Below, piece by piece: positions 14,601 through 27,282 of a DNA stretch of 64,000 nucleotides. The first letter of the stretch is position 1. Every line of letters starts with the position of its first letter. The DNA is from Lingula anatina (taxonomy: Eukaryota > Animalia > Brachiopoda), in NCBI GenBank assembly GCA_051362555.1, contig CM120642.1, positions 16,430,001-16,494,000 on the forward strand, given 5' to 3'. Made by a program: the position numbers and the translations under genes. Below the pieces are notes generated by a model. It made no database searches. It had not been told where the DNA came from and saw only the letters and a program-made list of their open reading frames with translations.

Positions 14601-16478
14601 AATCAATATTCGAAAATATCGAAAATTTAGGGGTGAAACAGCATTGGATGGAGACTTTGCTGCCTTGGCGGAGGTCTGCGCTCTGAGTGCTTTTCTAGTT
14701 GTCTCTGTAATGAAATCAGTCTTAAAAGGTAGATATTAAAAAATAATGTCAAGGAAATATGTATTGCAAAGTCAGACAACTGTTTGATTTTGGTTGAATT
14801 TTTTTTTTTCAGGTGGCAAGTCAAGTTTGAAGAGTTACAGAAAAAAGTGTTGCCCTTTCAGGTAATGATAATTGTCTTTGTAAGGTGCCATGACTCACTT
14901 ATTTTCTCTTTCTCCTCCCAAATAGAGTTCTTCTCATGGCATTTTTAGATCTTTTTTCTTTGTGAATCTCTGGACTTGATTAAAACTTTATGACCTGACA
15001 TGTCTCTGTTTCCATGCCCAATGAGATGTCTTGCCCATTAACAGCAAGTAGTTCATAGATTGTGCTGTGGCAAATATAGTGGCCATAGTTTTGGCATTTT
15101 CATGGTAAGCAGGAAAACTGGCAGCAGCAATTTACGTGATGTCCAATATAAAATCATACACTGCATATGTATTATATAATTCACAATGACAAGTGCTTAA
15201 TTATTTTTGCAAAGGGACCCTTTAATTTTTTAAATAGATTATAGGTAGTTGTGTACGATCAAACTCATGATAAATTAAAATAATCTTTAGGAGCAGCTGG
15301 ATATGTATGAGGCTGAGAGACAAGCTCTACAAGGACAAAATAAGGATGCTTTCCAGGAAATTGATAAACTGGGGAAGGAGTACGCCCGTCTGCTTGGGCA
15401 TCAGAACCAAAAACAGAAGATAAGGCATGTTGTGAAGATGAAAGAAGAAAATACTCATCTGAAGCAGGTAATTCAGGAGCAGGTTTATCTTTAAAATCTA
15501 TCAAAATGTGATTTTTGAATTATTAACCTTATAATATTATAATATATCATAAAATATGATATGATAAAGTATGATGTTATGAATGTGTTAAATTGATATG
15601 CAAGTTAACACAGGATTTATTGGGTTTAATTTAATTTGGTCAGCAGTAATAAAACTTTGAAAAATGGTTGCAATTGAAAAGGTTTATGATGGTTGCAAAA
15701 TCATGTGATTGTGGATGGGCAGGCCCACTTTGTGTGGGCGACAGCATGACCTATTTAAATGAGCTATTTAACTTCTATCAGTGTCTAATCTTGTCATTAT
15801 TCTTCTTTATGTAGGAAATAGGAAAACTCAGAGAAGAAAAACTGAAACACCAGAAAACTGTCCAAAGACTAGAGGAAAGGTTGGCTGCTGTTGAAGGCAA
15901 AAAGCGTTTTGACCCTAGTAAAGCTTTTTCACATGCGAAGGAAAACCAAATGCCGGCAAGGACACCTTTAAAAGATGGTAAGGTGTTTTTTATTTGGTGA
16001 TGTTTGTGGATTTTTTTTTTAATCATGGAGCCAAACAAAAAGGTACAGACTGAGGCAAAATATGAGATAACACTGTTAGTTAAGAAACAAGTACTTATTT
16101 TCCCAAACTTGAGAGCCTAAATTTAGACAAGTTTAACGGCTAGGTAGAACGTATTTGCATGGATAGCTTCATTTCCTGATGAAGATGCTATATACTCTAT
16201 ATGACATAGACACTGGTATATTAGAGGTCAGCAGCAATGTGTATACCAGCAGTTGATGGGAAAAAATTACTGCGTTATTTTACACATCCCATCTTGACAA
16301 AGTTCAATATCCTGTTTTATATTTTCATGAAAATGTTCTTCAAATTTATATATAGCTTAGATGAATGAAATAGTGTAATTTCATACAAATACTATTATGC
16401 TTAGGATTAAAAAATAAACATTTTATGTTAAAATTCAGGACTTGACTTTTTTTATCTTTTGCAGGGAACAAGAGATGA
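5158..16478 (+). CDS. HMMR: Hyaluronan-mediated motility receptor (RHAMM), about 22 exons, roughly 1000 aa
   Basis: N-terminus MSFPKAKTKRFNDVN|APGPGAYD, followed by long coiled-coil exons (e.g. 11394-11823, 12103-12446). The C-terminal basic zipper reads LLGHQNQKQKIRHVVKMKEENTHLKQE (15291-15467), then FDPSKAFSHAKENQMPARTPLKD|GNKR* with the stop at 16476-16478. AATAAA at ~17660. Confidence 0.95.
8568..8651. repeat. (CT)n microsatellite in an HMMR intron
   Basis: Direct read of the sequence. Confidence 0.95.
14315..14700 (+). mobile_element. Non-autonomous Helentron/DINE-like (HINE) element
   Basis: Has a 5' (TGTT/TGTC)-type microsatellite, two tandem ~122-bp core repeats (ggaccgattttgatgaaactttcagg...), and a 3' end cttggcggaggtctgcgctctgagtgcttttctagtt. 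Degenerate 3' ends of the same family occur at ~23140-23175, ~30680-30720 and ~36050-36090. Confidence 0.7.
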
Positions 16479-18042
16479 CATTGCCGAGTTAGATAGAAGA
16501 AGCTTCTTATGGGCAGCAAAAAAAAAATAATAATAATAATAATAATGGATGGTTGACTAGTATTGAAAGTACACAAGAACATATTATGCTCATTAAAACT
16601 TGGTTGTCATCTCCAAAGATTTGACACAAAGTAAATATAATCTGCCAATGGAGGGTATAAGCATAGAGGAATATGTAATAACTCTAACAAACTAGGTGAT
16701 GCTGTACATTTTAGTCATTTGAGACTGTGGTTCATGAAATGTTTCTACTTTTTAAATATATGTCTCTTTTAAAATGTTACCAGGGACTTATGATAAGTTA
16801 GTTCATTGTAGGAAGTTATATTGATATGCAGTCCTTGAAAAAAATGTTCTTGAAAAGAGTTACCATGATCTTAATCTGGTTAGTTTTTCAATGTGGGTTT
16901 GCTTTTTATGAATTTGGTAAAGCATAACAGATATAGTGACATTGGGAAGATACTCAGGGTGATTGTAATTCAGCAGAGGAGAAAGAGAGGGGGGCAGTTT
17001 GATGTGAAGGAAGATCTTTTCTGCAGAAGCAACTTAACACACACACTAGACTGTCAATTTTATGTTGGCCAATATTTTTTAAGGTGTTACCAAAGTGCAG
17101 AAAAGGAGATATTTCTGAAGAAACTTCAATTTCAAAAAAAAAAAAAAAAACATTACTATGTCCAAATTATGGTATGTGTTCATGGGCCACTCAAGAGAAA
17201 CTTGAAAAAAAACCTGATTGGAAAAGGTCCTAGAATTTATTCCATTATGTCTGATTACTGGTGAGTTGGTACATATTTATTAATCCATGCTTGTATGAAA
17301 TTAGATATTCAGCATGTAGGGTACAACTTTTAGAAATGTGTTTTTTATTTATTTATTTAACTTGTGAAATTTTGACAGCAGGATCCGCTAGTAAACTCCA
17401 ATTTTGTATGCCATTTGAGAGGGTCTTGATGTCAGAGGAAAACCTGGCTTCATGTCATCATGTTCTCCAGTCAGCTTCTCAACAATGAAGTACTTTTCAC
17501 CACTAATTTAATATTAATGTCAGATATAGTTTCCACATTTTAGTGCAGCTTCTTATGAAAGTTAAAATTGAATTCATAAGGTTCTTTGATCTTTTTCATG
17601 ACTTATAGTAATAGATATATGTGTGTGTGAACATCGTAAGTGTCATATTTTGTCATGCGAATAAATGTGATTACTGACTAAAAACCATATTGTTTTTATG
17701 AAAATTAGTTTTTATTAAGAAATTTTGCAAAATCAGATGCATAGCATATTTTCATAGATTTTCATGACCAGACGTGAGATTTTTCCAGAATGCAGCATTC
17801 CATGTTTTTTAATTCAATTCTGAGGTGGCCCTGGCCTCCTGGCCGTTTAGGTATTGGGTCCCATGTTCATTTTTTTTTTTTAACCTAGGCTCATGTCTGA
17901 TGATTATTTTATTCATCGTGCTGCCAATGTAGAGCTAAAGGCACCTAGGGTTCACTTCCTAAAAATTACACACAAGTGCTTCCACAGGCCTACCCAACTA
18001 CCAGACTTGGCACATAAGGATCCTGAATTAACCAGTATATTG

Positions 18043-18482
18043 GACCACACTACCCATTTTAAGGTGTGTGACAGGTGGGGTTACAATTTACATGTGGGGT
18101 GAGTTCATTCCATCTGAGGGGTAACAGGTAGGTCTAATCCATTTTATCTGAGGGGCGACAGGTCGGAGTAGTCCATTTCATTTGAGGGTTGACAGGTAGG
18201 GTAAATCCATTTCATCTGAGGGGTGACAAGTGGGTCGAGTCCATTCCATTTGAGGAGTGGCAGGTTGGGCAAATCTATTCATTTTAGGGGTGACAGATGG
18301 GGTGAGTCCATTCCTTCTGAGGGATGACAGGTGGACCAAATCCATTTGATCTGGGGCAAGTCCATTCAATTTGAGGGCTGACAGGTGGGGTGAGTTGACT
18401 CCATTTGACTTGAGGGGTGATAGGTGGAGAGAGTCCATTCCATCTGAGGGGTGACAGGTGGGGGAACCATTTAATTTGAGGA
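18043..18482. repeat. Degenerate minisatellite, ~38-bp unit, about 11 copies
   Basis: Recurring unit approximately ccatttcatctgaggggtgacaggtggggtgagt, downstream of the HMMR 3' UTR. Confidence 0.85.
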
Positions 18483-20749
18483 AGCCTTATAATACTGGTA
18501 CAAAAACTATATAAATTAACATATTTTAAACTATATTTGATAATATTGTGCTAGCAAAGATTTCAGGGGATATAAACTTGTATTATACAAAAATAGGCAT
18601 ATATTAATTTTTTTAATTTGCTTTTCCACAAATAAAAATGTAACATTTTTGTCTGCACATGTGAGACTGAGTGGAAATAAACTAGGTCACAAAATTAAAT
18701 CAAAGGATCAATTTATTTCCAATATTAATTCAAAAAGACATTTCAAATATATCAGAATAGCAGATTAACTAGTTAGGAGAGGAATAAATTTCAACTGTTG
18801 GCTTTTCAAAAGTGTGACAGGATCTATCATCTTTCTCATTTTTCTGCTGAAATTTAAAATTGAAGTATTCATATGGTGAGAAGGTCATGAAATTTAAATG
18901 AATTCTTCTGTAGCAAAAACCAGAACCCTTTGAAAATGGACCCATATTAAATTAAGAAAATGATATTTGGGAGAATGAATTAATTTATTCCAATAGATAC
19001 AAACAACTGTCTAACTATATAATGAAATGTTGAACAGATTTTCAAAAAGCAAAATCATAAATTCATACAAATTGCATTTTTGAATGTGGGCTGATGGAAA
19101 TTCTTGTATTCTTATAATGCTCAAACTCAATTATTGACAAAATAATGGACATATTAACAAACCTTTGAAACCCTCTTATTTAAAATATCTTCTGTTAATG
19201 GAGAAATCAATCCAAACACATCATTTACAGATCAGTTTTAGCAGATTAAATTTGTAAGTTCTCTAACAGTTATCATATCTTTATAATTTTACCTCTTTCC
19301 TTTCCCTTTACTATTACAGTACTACTATCTTTATCGTCATTATTTCAAATCAAAGTATATAGGAATTACAAACATATTCAGCTTTAATACGTATACAATA
19401 TTTGCATGAATGTGCGTAGGGTTCCAGAACGTGAATGAAAGGCTTGGTTGCTAGCAGGGGCGTGTCGTGCAGCACTTGAAGCATCTCAGTGGACCTCTGA
19501 AACGAGAAAGTAATGTTAACAATGTCCGACTAAACGGATAAGCTCGGAAAATTCAACTTATGCATTTTACATCAAAGAGAAGAAGGCACATGAAATGATG
19601 CGTGTGTCTACCGACTTATCGGCTGTTCAGGCTCAGATAGCACCCAAAAAGTAATCGATAACGAAGTTGCCTTACGCCAAAATTAAGATCTGAATTATTA
19701 ATAAAGATATTTGAGATATCTTGCTTTGAAAAAATAAATATTGAAAACACTTGATTCGCGGAGGTTATTTCTAAGGACGTTAATTTATTTTACCTACTAT
19801 TTAATGTTATAATATCTAAAATCGCTATGCATCACGAGTTTTTTTGTTTTTTTTTTGGGGGGGGGCACATTTCGCTTTATTAGAAATCATTTTCTCGTAT
19901 TTCAACACTGCTTACAAACATTTTTACAGGTTCATGTATAATAAAATAAACAAATCCACAAAAACTGATTTAAAATTGATAAAAAGAAATGAAACTCCAA
20001 AGAGTCAAAAAGTAGCCATAAGATTATTCAGATCAAAATGTTTTTTCTTTTTATCGTGAGTGTCGCGAAGGGAGACGTTTGAATTTTTGATGAACTTTGA
20101 CCATAAAATTGGTGTAGAAGTTGATGGAGCACGCTTGTCTTTGGATTAAAAACTCAGAACTGTGACAAGTACAGCATTAATATCTAAATTACTCCTTGAT
20201 CTTTGTAATATTATTCCCATCTACCAACATGCTAGCTAATATTCTGAGTGATATAAAGAAACGACAGACAAAATGTAACAAAGAATCATAACATGAATAC
20301 ATGTCACAAATTTCCTGGCATTCTCTTACGCTTTTTCTATCTACTGATAGCGGTTAATGAAGAAAAAAGTAATACTTACGAAACATGGATTTGCTTCTAT
20401 GACCTGGCGACTGCACCACAAACGCTGAACGTCTTCTCCCTGCTGTGCCATACTGCCCAGTGAGCAGTCGGGAAGACAGCTCGCACTACGATGAGCAACT
20501 TATTGTTATGCAGATGACAGACAGGTATGGCTCATTTTAGCTGATCTTAAAGGACTGTGGGGCATTTCTGCAAATCTCCTCTAACAAAATGGGGACACTT
20601 GTGCAGATATCATCTAAGACAATAGGTGTACTTCGTTCATTGATGTTTTACAGATATAACGATGAAGTGATCAGTTTCTGTACGGTTTGGGCGGACACTT
20701 CCTTGTCCCTGATAATGATAGACACAAGAAGAACATTTTGATATTCTAC

Positions 20750-20940
20750 GGGTGCGTTAACAATGAAACTACCGTCCTAAGTAAATTGATCCAACTCTGA
20801 ATCAGCACACGAAAGTTAATCATCCTTTAGCTGCTTGAGGAGGCGTGTCATTTAATCTATGTCTGATTGCATTCAGCAAGAGTCCCTGTAGAGTTGGACA
20901 GATCGACCTAGTACATAAGTTTAATTGTGAGCACGCCCTA
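20750..20940. mobile_element. Degenerate MITE (paralogue at ~32845-33036; relative at ~59332-59547)
   Basis: Imperfect termini gggtgcgttaacaat / attgtgagcacgccc; the internal motif cacgaaagttaat is shared with the other copies. Confidence 0.5.
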
Positions 20941-21846
20941 TATTACGTGTGTTACCTGTTGACTTGCCCTGAGTGTCAGGGCACTATATAGCTAGCTTGC
21001 TCACAATAACTATTCATGTGGTAGCTTTACAGTGCTGATATGGGTTATAGGCCTATGTGAAATCAAGAGCGAGCTGGCAATACTGAAATCTAGAACCTAG
21101 GGTACTGTTGACTGTGAATAATTAAGATTTGCTGTTGACTTTGCTGCATGTATTATTGCTTCAAAATTGACAAAATGACCTTTTTTGTGCATCATTTTTT
21201 CTCCTATTGTCTGTGCATTTGACAGCTTTGGCTCCTAGTTTTCTGAGGTATTTAGTTGTAAAAAATTCAAGAGTAAGGGATGTAAGTTTAAAACGGATTA
21301 ACCCAGTGATAAGCTGTTGCCAATAAAACCACCTGTACCTTATTTAAATCAAAACGAACAATACTTGTTTTTAAGAATATTTATTTTTTGAATTGTTAAT
21401 AAAAAGTCTAGTATAGCAGTAGGGTTTTAACTTACCCTCTAAGAGGGCCAAAGATTGATCATCACTTGATTTTCACACTGACAGATATGTCTCCGGTTAA
21501 TTCCATACATTTTTCTGTACTGCGTGTACAGCGAGTATTCTTTATGTAGTAAAGTTAATGTCATCGTTCAGGTGGTCTCTAGAACAGAATAGCTAAACCT
21601 ATATGGTGGACGTTGATATCAGTCAAATAGCACTTCTCAACTCGAATTAGTTTGCAAATACCAGCATGTCACTGCATACATTGTGGGCAATTTTCTATCG
21701 GTTTGATGTTCCTTATTTGTGTCACGTGCAAATGTAAATTATTACAGTTCAAGCCGTGCATTAATCCGTTTTACTAGAGACTTCATACTTTAACTAATAT
21801 TCTGTGTCATTGGCTAGCTAATCCTGTGACTCCACATGAAGGTATT

Positions 21847-22726
21847 TTACTCGAATTCCGCAAGGTCCTCCTCCTCCTCCAATAATCGCTCTAAATATCG
21901 GGCATCATTCTAAAAAAAAGAGCATTTATTTTCTATAAATCTCTAGGTTTCTAATATGCAGTATTAAAGGTTATATACTGGTACGTCTGTCCAACACTAT
22001 ACGTTATCAATAACTATACGTTATTAGACAATACATGCTTTTAAATCAAAAGAAATACAAAAATGATCATGAAATATTCAAGAAAAATGTATGCTATTCT
22101 ATTTGCATCAACTATTCAAGATGATGTTTGTGAATTTGGAAATGGTAAAAAAAAAGTAAAAAAAAATCTGAAACTCTCTACTTTTAGTTGAAGTTAATTT
22201 TATGCGTGATCAAAATTTACCTGAGACTTTTCTTTGCCACCATCAGCATTATCCGAGATTTGAACAGCCCTCCGCCGACGACGCACAAACCCTATAATAT
22301 TTAACGTACTCATTAATTTGAACGGGTGACATTTGTTCCATATACTAACCCAATACTACGACTGACCCCAATCTGTACTTATCATATGGGACACCGGACG
22401 TCCATTACTAGGACTACCATTCCTGTCACACCGGCATTGCATATTTGAAGTAACAGTTACTGTTATAAAAACTGTATGCATTGGATCTTATTAATTAGTA
22501 TTTCAAAAAACGATCAGTAATATGAAAATACAGCGCAATACTGTCATACGAAGTGACTAGTTTTGAGAAATTAAAATTTAAAGGTCGGGCGACGGTTTAT
22601 CCAACCGATATATATATATATATGTATATATTGAGAAATAAAAAGTCAATAACCTTCTGTAACAGCAAACATCTGCACGAGGAGAAGGGCCGTCATGAGG
22701 ACTGCAAATACTTGCCACTTCTTCAT
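21847..22726 (-). CDS. Secreted Arg-rich peptide precursor, copy A (68 aa): MKKWQVFAVLMTALLLVQMFAVTEG-FVRRRRRAVQISDNADGGKEKSQ-NDARYLERLLEEEEDLAEFE
   Basis: Exons 22726-22654 (donor GTTATT, phase 1), 22291-22221 (ttatAG acceptor, GTAAAT donor, phase 0) and 21909-21847 (tttttttAG acceptor, ends TAA). Hydrophobic signal peptide, upstream TATA box, and AATAAA at 21385-21380. The same structure is open in all three paralogues. Confidence 0.85.
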
Positions 22727-22816
22727 GGTCGTCGGCTAGAGGTTCAGTCGAAGTGATTCTTGACCTTGTCTCTTCCAAGGGTTTGCTCTACTGTCATTCT
22801 ATCTTTCCAGTTAATC

Positions 22817-22824
22817 TTTTTATA
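22817..22824 (-). promoter_or_regulatory. TATA box of peptide gene A
   Basis: TATAAAAA on the minus strand, about 32 nt upstream of an Inr-like ACAGTA (~22792) and about 90 nt upstream of the ATG. Confidence 0.7.
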
Positions 22825-24322
22825 GGTTAGGCAAATGGACACACCCCTGCGCTGTGTGTCTTACTCTGTGTGCAGCCACCAAAATTTTAAGGGCATGCCT
22901 GTGACCTCATTTGCACCTCTACATATAAAGAGACGTACAGTAATTTGATTATTTTATTGGATCTACGGCAGAAATTATAATACAGTCATAAGCCACAAAT
23001 CATGGCTCAAGAAGGAAAAGATCAGATTTTGGTAAGGATCCATTAATTTTTCATCTTATGTCGCAAATGGGCCAAGGAATAAATGATAAGTACTAAATTA
23101 ACTAGGCATTGGTTAGTTATTACGTAATAATTTATGTTGGCGGAGGTTGAGCTTTCTGAGTGCTTTTCTAGTTTTATTATTGTGATTGTAAGTTTATTAA
23201 GCGGGTAATTCGTATTCTGTTTATATCGAAATCTGTTTCTCTCCTAATTGTACTAGTCATGCAGCCAGTAGAAACACATACGTTACCACCGACACCAAAT
23301 GGAATGAAGTAATATAAAATAAAATAAATAAATAAATAAATAAATAAATAAACCGACGTGCGCGCACCAGTAACACAGTATTCGGATAACCACTTCCACT
23401 TTTTTACAGATGAATACACGGTATTTAAAGGTCTGGCCCAATTTCTCCTGGTTTGGTATGATCCCAAGGGTTCAGTTAATGTCATCATTGCTGTCAGTGT
23501 CGGCTCAATTTAATAAGACGTAAATACTGCTTACATGGTCGCAGTTGCTGAAAGTTTTACTTTTAACAATAGATATAACTGACATCTGTGGAGACGTGTC
23601 AACTGCATGATGACCACTCTCTGTGTATGGATGATATATGGGTGTGCCTCGGGCAGTGTTTTTTGTGTTCGGATTGTGGACAGTGTCCAAAAGACAGGCT
23701 TTTCGGATGGTACAATCAATGATTAACTTCACAACGATCCAGAATAATGACAGTTATATATTTACAGCATTGTGGTGGAAACTGCCACCTTAATTTTTCA
23801 AGTTATGGTTGAAGTTGCGCACTGGTTTCCCTTACCCATTACGTACATGTACACGTGATGCCAAAATAGACAAATAAGACATATCTGGTATAAACAAAGA
23901 TGAAAAGCATTAAAGTCAGCGCTTGTTCATCAAATACCTTTTATTTCAAAACTTGTTTGAATTAAATGAATGGATATGAAATAATTATCAAAGGTAAGTT
24001 AAAAAGAAGGGGGTGGCATCAGGAAGATTTAAATGTTACGTTCGTAGTTGTTTTTAAAAAAACTTTTTTTACTCCTTTTGAAGAAATTATGAATATAGTT
24101 GCATTTTCTTCAGAAAACATGCCCAGCTAACGATATCTTTAACCAAATACACAAATTAAAAGCTCATTTTGTAAATTTTTGACTTTAAGAAACGTCCTTT
24201 TTGCTTAGCTTGCGAGTTAATGAGCTACGTGGTCACGTGGACCGAAGACGACAATAGTGCCACCGGAGGGGAGAGAGACAAGCAGCGTGTTTAGCTGTCA
24301 AACTGAGCTGCATTGTCTACCT

Positions 24323-26458
24323 CAGTCATTCTTTGCTAGTGGTGCACTGCAGGGGGGCCATAACAAGAATGTTATTTAAATTTAGATAGCCAACCAAATT
24401 CTCATGACATCGTTGTGTATGTTTCAATAACAAATCAAAGAAGCTGCATGAGCAAGGAGGATGCTGTTATAAAAGCAAAATAAGAGAAAAAGCAGAAAAT
24501 ATATCGAAATTACCCTCAAAATGGCGTCCTTTTTTGTGGAATTTCGACCCTACCTCTATTTAGGAACAGTTTGTTTAGGGTTTGAATGAATTATTGAAGC
24601 AGGGAATACACCTACTGCAAGAAGATATAATAAACAGAATGTGCAAATGTTTATTTAAATAAAAATTTATTTGAAGTGACTGAAAAATGATCACAAAATT
24701 AGCTTAACTTACGATACATGCGGTGTCCCACCCCGATGAAAATTTCATCTAATCCTATCTTTCCGTATTAAAACTGTTCAATCGTCCAAAGTAGTATGTC
24801 GGTTAGTTTGTGTCACGAAATCCATGATAATATCAGTTTTCTTAAGAATTTCACATTTATTGCTCAGCAAGGTCGATTTTTCTTCACCGCGTCCCAATAT
24901 AACGTTCGCAACGCTGAAACTTCAGAGATCAATTCTTATCAGACGACTTTAAAATGCCGCGTGAAAATTATACATCGATAGCGATCTTCTTCCATACTCA
25001 CTAACTGATGACGTCTTACACACGAATGGCTTCTTTTGCACACTAAAAAAGCCAGCTCAAACTGGCGGGTGGCCCATTCTGATAACATGTCACGCAATGA
25101 CGCTGTCGAGATAGGATGCAGGGCACAGGTTTAATTCCCTCGATTTAACCGTCACAGGATTGTTTATTAGGATCTTCTTTGTATGAAGGTGAGAAATAAT
25201 GAGTTTCGTTTCATTTTTCTTCAATTGTTTCAACATATTTGTGTACCGATTGATTTGTACCATTCTATAAGTAGGGTGACTTCGTCTGAACTTTCGTTTT
25301 GCGTCTGTGTCACATGGGGGACTAAAGGTCACATTGAACATGGTGACGCAGTGATACCGTATTCATGTTCTCTTGTTCTCGAAAACTCAATCATCGAAAT
25401 TGAATTACTTTTTTTTAGTTTTGTCTTAAATTAAGCTGCTACACTGTATTCCGTGCGTTTAAAATTTAACCGTCTGTAAAAACAGCAATAATGGATTACT
25501 AGCAACACTTACGTTACGCAATGAAGCACCGAAAATGGGTGAAGAAAATGTGTCTCAGTAATATGCGTGTTTGCCACTCATAATGCACTGTACTTTGTTT
25601 GAATAAGCAATAAACTATTTGTGATCTTAGGTTATCCATTGTTCGTTATCAGAGTTAACAGATTCTTTGTGTGATTTTTTTTCAGAATCCCAAGAGTGGA
25701 TGCCTTAATTAGTGAGCACAGAACAGATATCACCATTGGTCCACATATGTCAGGAAGAATGTTATAATTATGAACTTTGTGTTACACTGAACTGAATTTT
25801 GTTAAATTTTGTATTTAACTGAACGTTATTGTGTTAAAATAATAATAAAAAATAATAATTCAGATAAAAAACTACAATCTGGAACATTCTTTAGATCAAC
25901 TTTGTTCAGTGTGTGTCCCATGTGACAGAGTTACAGTAAATAAAATATGTGCATTATTCCTCTGTGTTTGTCAATTCCATTTTAAAAGCATGTGAAAGTG
26001 GTGTGCCCCTCATGATTGAAGTGTGTATGGATAATAGCAAAAATATTGTTATTATTTACATGATTATAAAAAGTTTTTGTACCCGCGTCAATAACGTAAC
26101 CGTGAACCCCATATTCACCATTTTTATTAATTATGAAATGTGGATTAAATTCTTCAAACCCAGTTTTGAAGCATTGAGACAACACCTCCTTATGATTTAA
26201 ACTAAAACTGAAAACATTCCATTAGACTTTCATTAGTTTGTGCAAAATATATTGCCCAGGGTAACGCGTCTTGGATTTGGTGGGTATAGCTGTTCAACTC
26301 TCCTGTGTGCCCTAAAAAGGGCAGCTGCTGTTTCCCTTTTTATGAAATGATAAACTGTGATGGTGTAGCTATCACATCGCAAAATTACAGCTTCCCAGAG
26401 AAAGTTTGAAATTTTCGGTCAAATTCAACATTTTGTAACCACTAGCAAAGAATGACAG
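24323..26458. mobile_element. 2.1-kb TIR DNA transposon with a 4-bp target-site duplication (ACCT)
   Basis: TIRs CAGTCATTCTTTGCTAGTGGT / ACCACTAGCAAAGAATGACAG (one mismatch); ACCT at 24319-24322 and 26459-26462; the empty site tctacctgtaag is at ~31871-31882. Confidence 0.85.
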
Positions 26459-27282
26459 ACCTGTAAGATGACTTTTCTGGCTCCTGATAAAAGTTCATAC
26501 TCATTGAAACCTCTTACCCGAGGGTTCTAAATCCTCGTGAAGCTGTGTAAAACCATTTTCCGTCTATTCAATTCTTTAACTAACATTTAATTATGGTTAA
26601 CCCAAGTTGTATAAAACACTGCATTCGAATTACTTGAGAGAACTGTTGATCATTCCATATGAGGTCCATGTTATTTGTGAAATTCAATTCATTTTATTAA
26701 AACGTTGCGCCCTATGGCTCATCAGAATGAAATGCAATAAAAATATACAGCCGTTGGCAATAAAGCCACCTGTACCTTATTTAAATCAAAACGAAAAATG
26801 CTTGTTTTTAGGAACATTTATTTTTCATATGATGAAAAGTCTAGTATAGCAGTAGGGTTTCAACTTACTCTCTAAGAGGGCTACAGATTAATCATCACTT
26901 GATATTCACACTGAAAGATATGTCTCTGGTTAATTCCGTACACGTTTCTGTACTACTTGTACACCGAGAATCCTTTGTGTAGTTAATGTCACCATTAAGG
27001 TGGTCTCCAGTACATAGTAGTTTAAACCTCTATGGTGGAGGTAAATATCAGTCAAATAGCACTTCTCAACTCGAATTAGTTTGCAAATACTAGCATGTCA
27101 CTGCATACATTGCGGGCAATCTTCTATCGGTTTGATGTTCCTTATTTGTGTCACGTGCAAATGTAAATTATTACAGTTCAAGCCGTGCATTAATCCGTTT
27201 TACTAGAGACTTCATACTTTAACTAAGGTTCTGTGTCATTGGCTAGTTAATCCTGTGACTAACACCTCCACATGAAGGTATT

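Noticed and set aside
18043-18482. Regularly spaced repeats resembling a CRISPR array (also 62413-62610)
   Set aside because: Contiguous degenerate units with no unique spacers, in a eukaryotic context with no cas genes.
22380-22430. Highly conserved intronic block that could be an extra peptide-gene exon (GMVVLVMDVRCPI*)
   Set aside because: It has no pyrimidine tract and contains an in-frame stop; exon 1 joins exon 2 cleanly without it.
22553-22778. ORF-track peptides MTSFEKLK..., MEETRSRITS... and their paralogues
   Set aside because: They are antisense or alternative-frame shadows of the signal-peptide exon.
22891-22900. p53 half-site GGGCATGCCT upstream of copy A
   Set aside because: It is a single half-site, which is expected by chance.
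23002-23037. Apparent plus-strand first exon MAQEGKDQIL|GTAAGG in all three units
   Set aside because: It lies in a decayed HINE-like repeat similar to 14315-14700, and the downstream candidate exons are frameshifted or lack AG in the other copies.
23578-23722. Cys-rich frame TCQLHDDHSLCMDDIWVCLGQCFLCSDCGQCPK in the duplicated upstream block
   Set aside because: There is a 2-nt insertion in copy B and a 1-nt deletion in copy C, and no usable start or acceptor; at most a decayed remnant.
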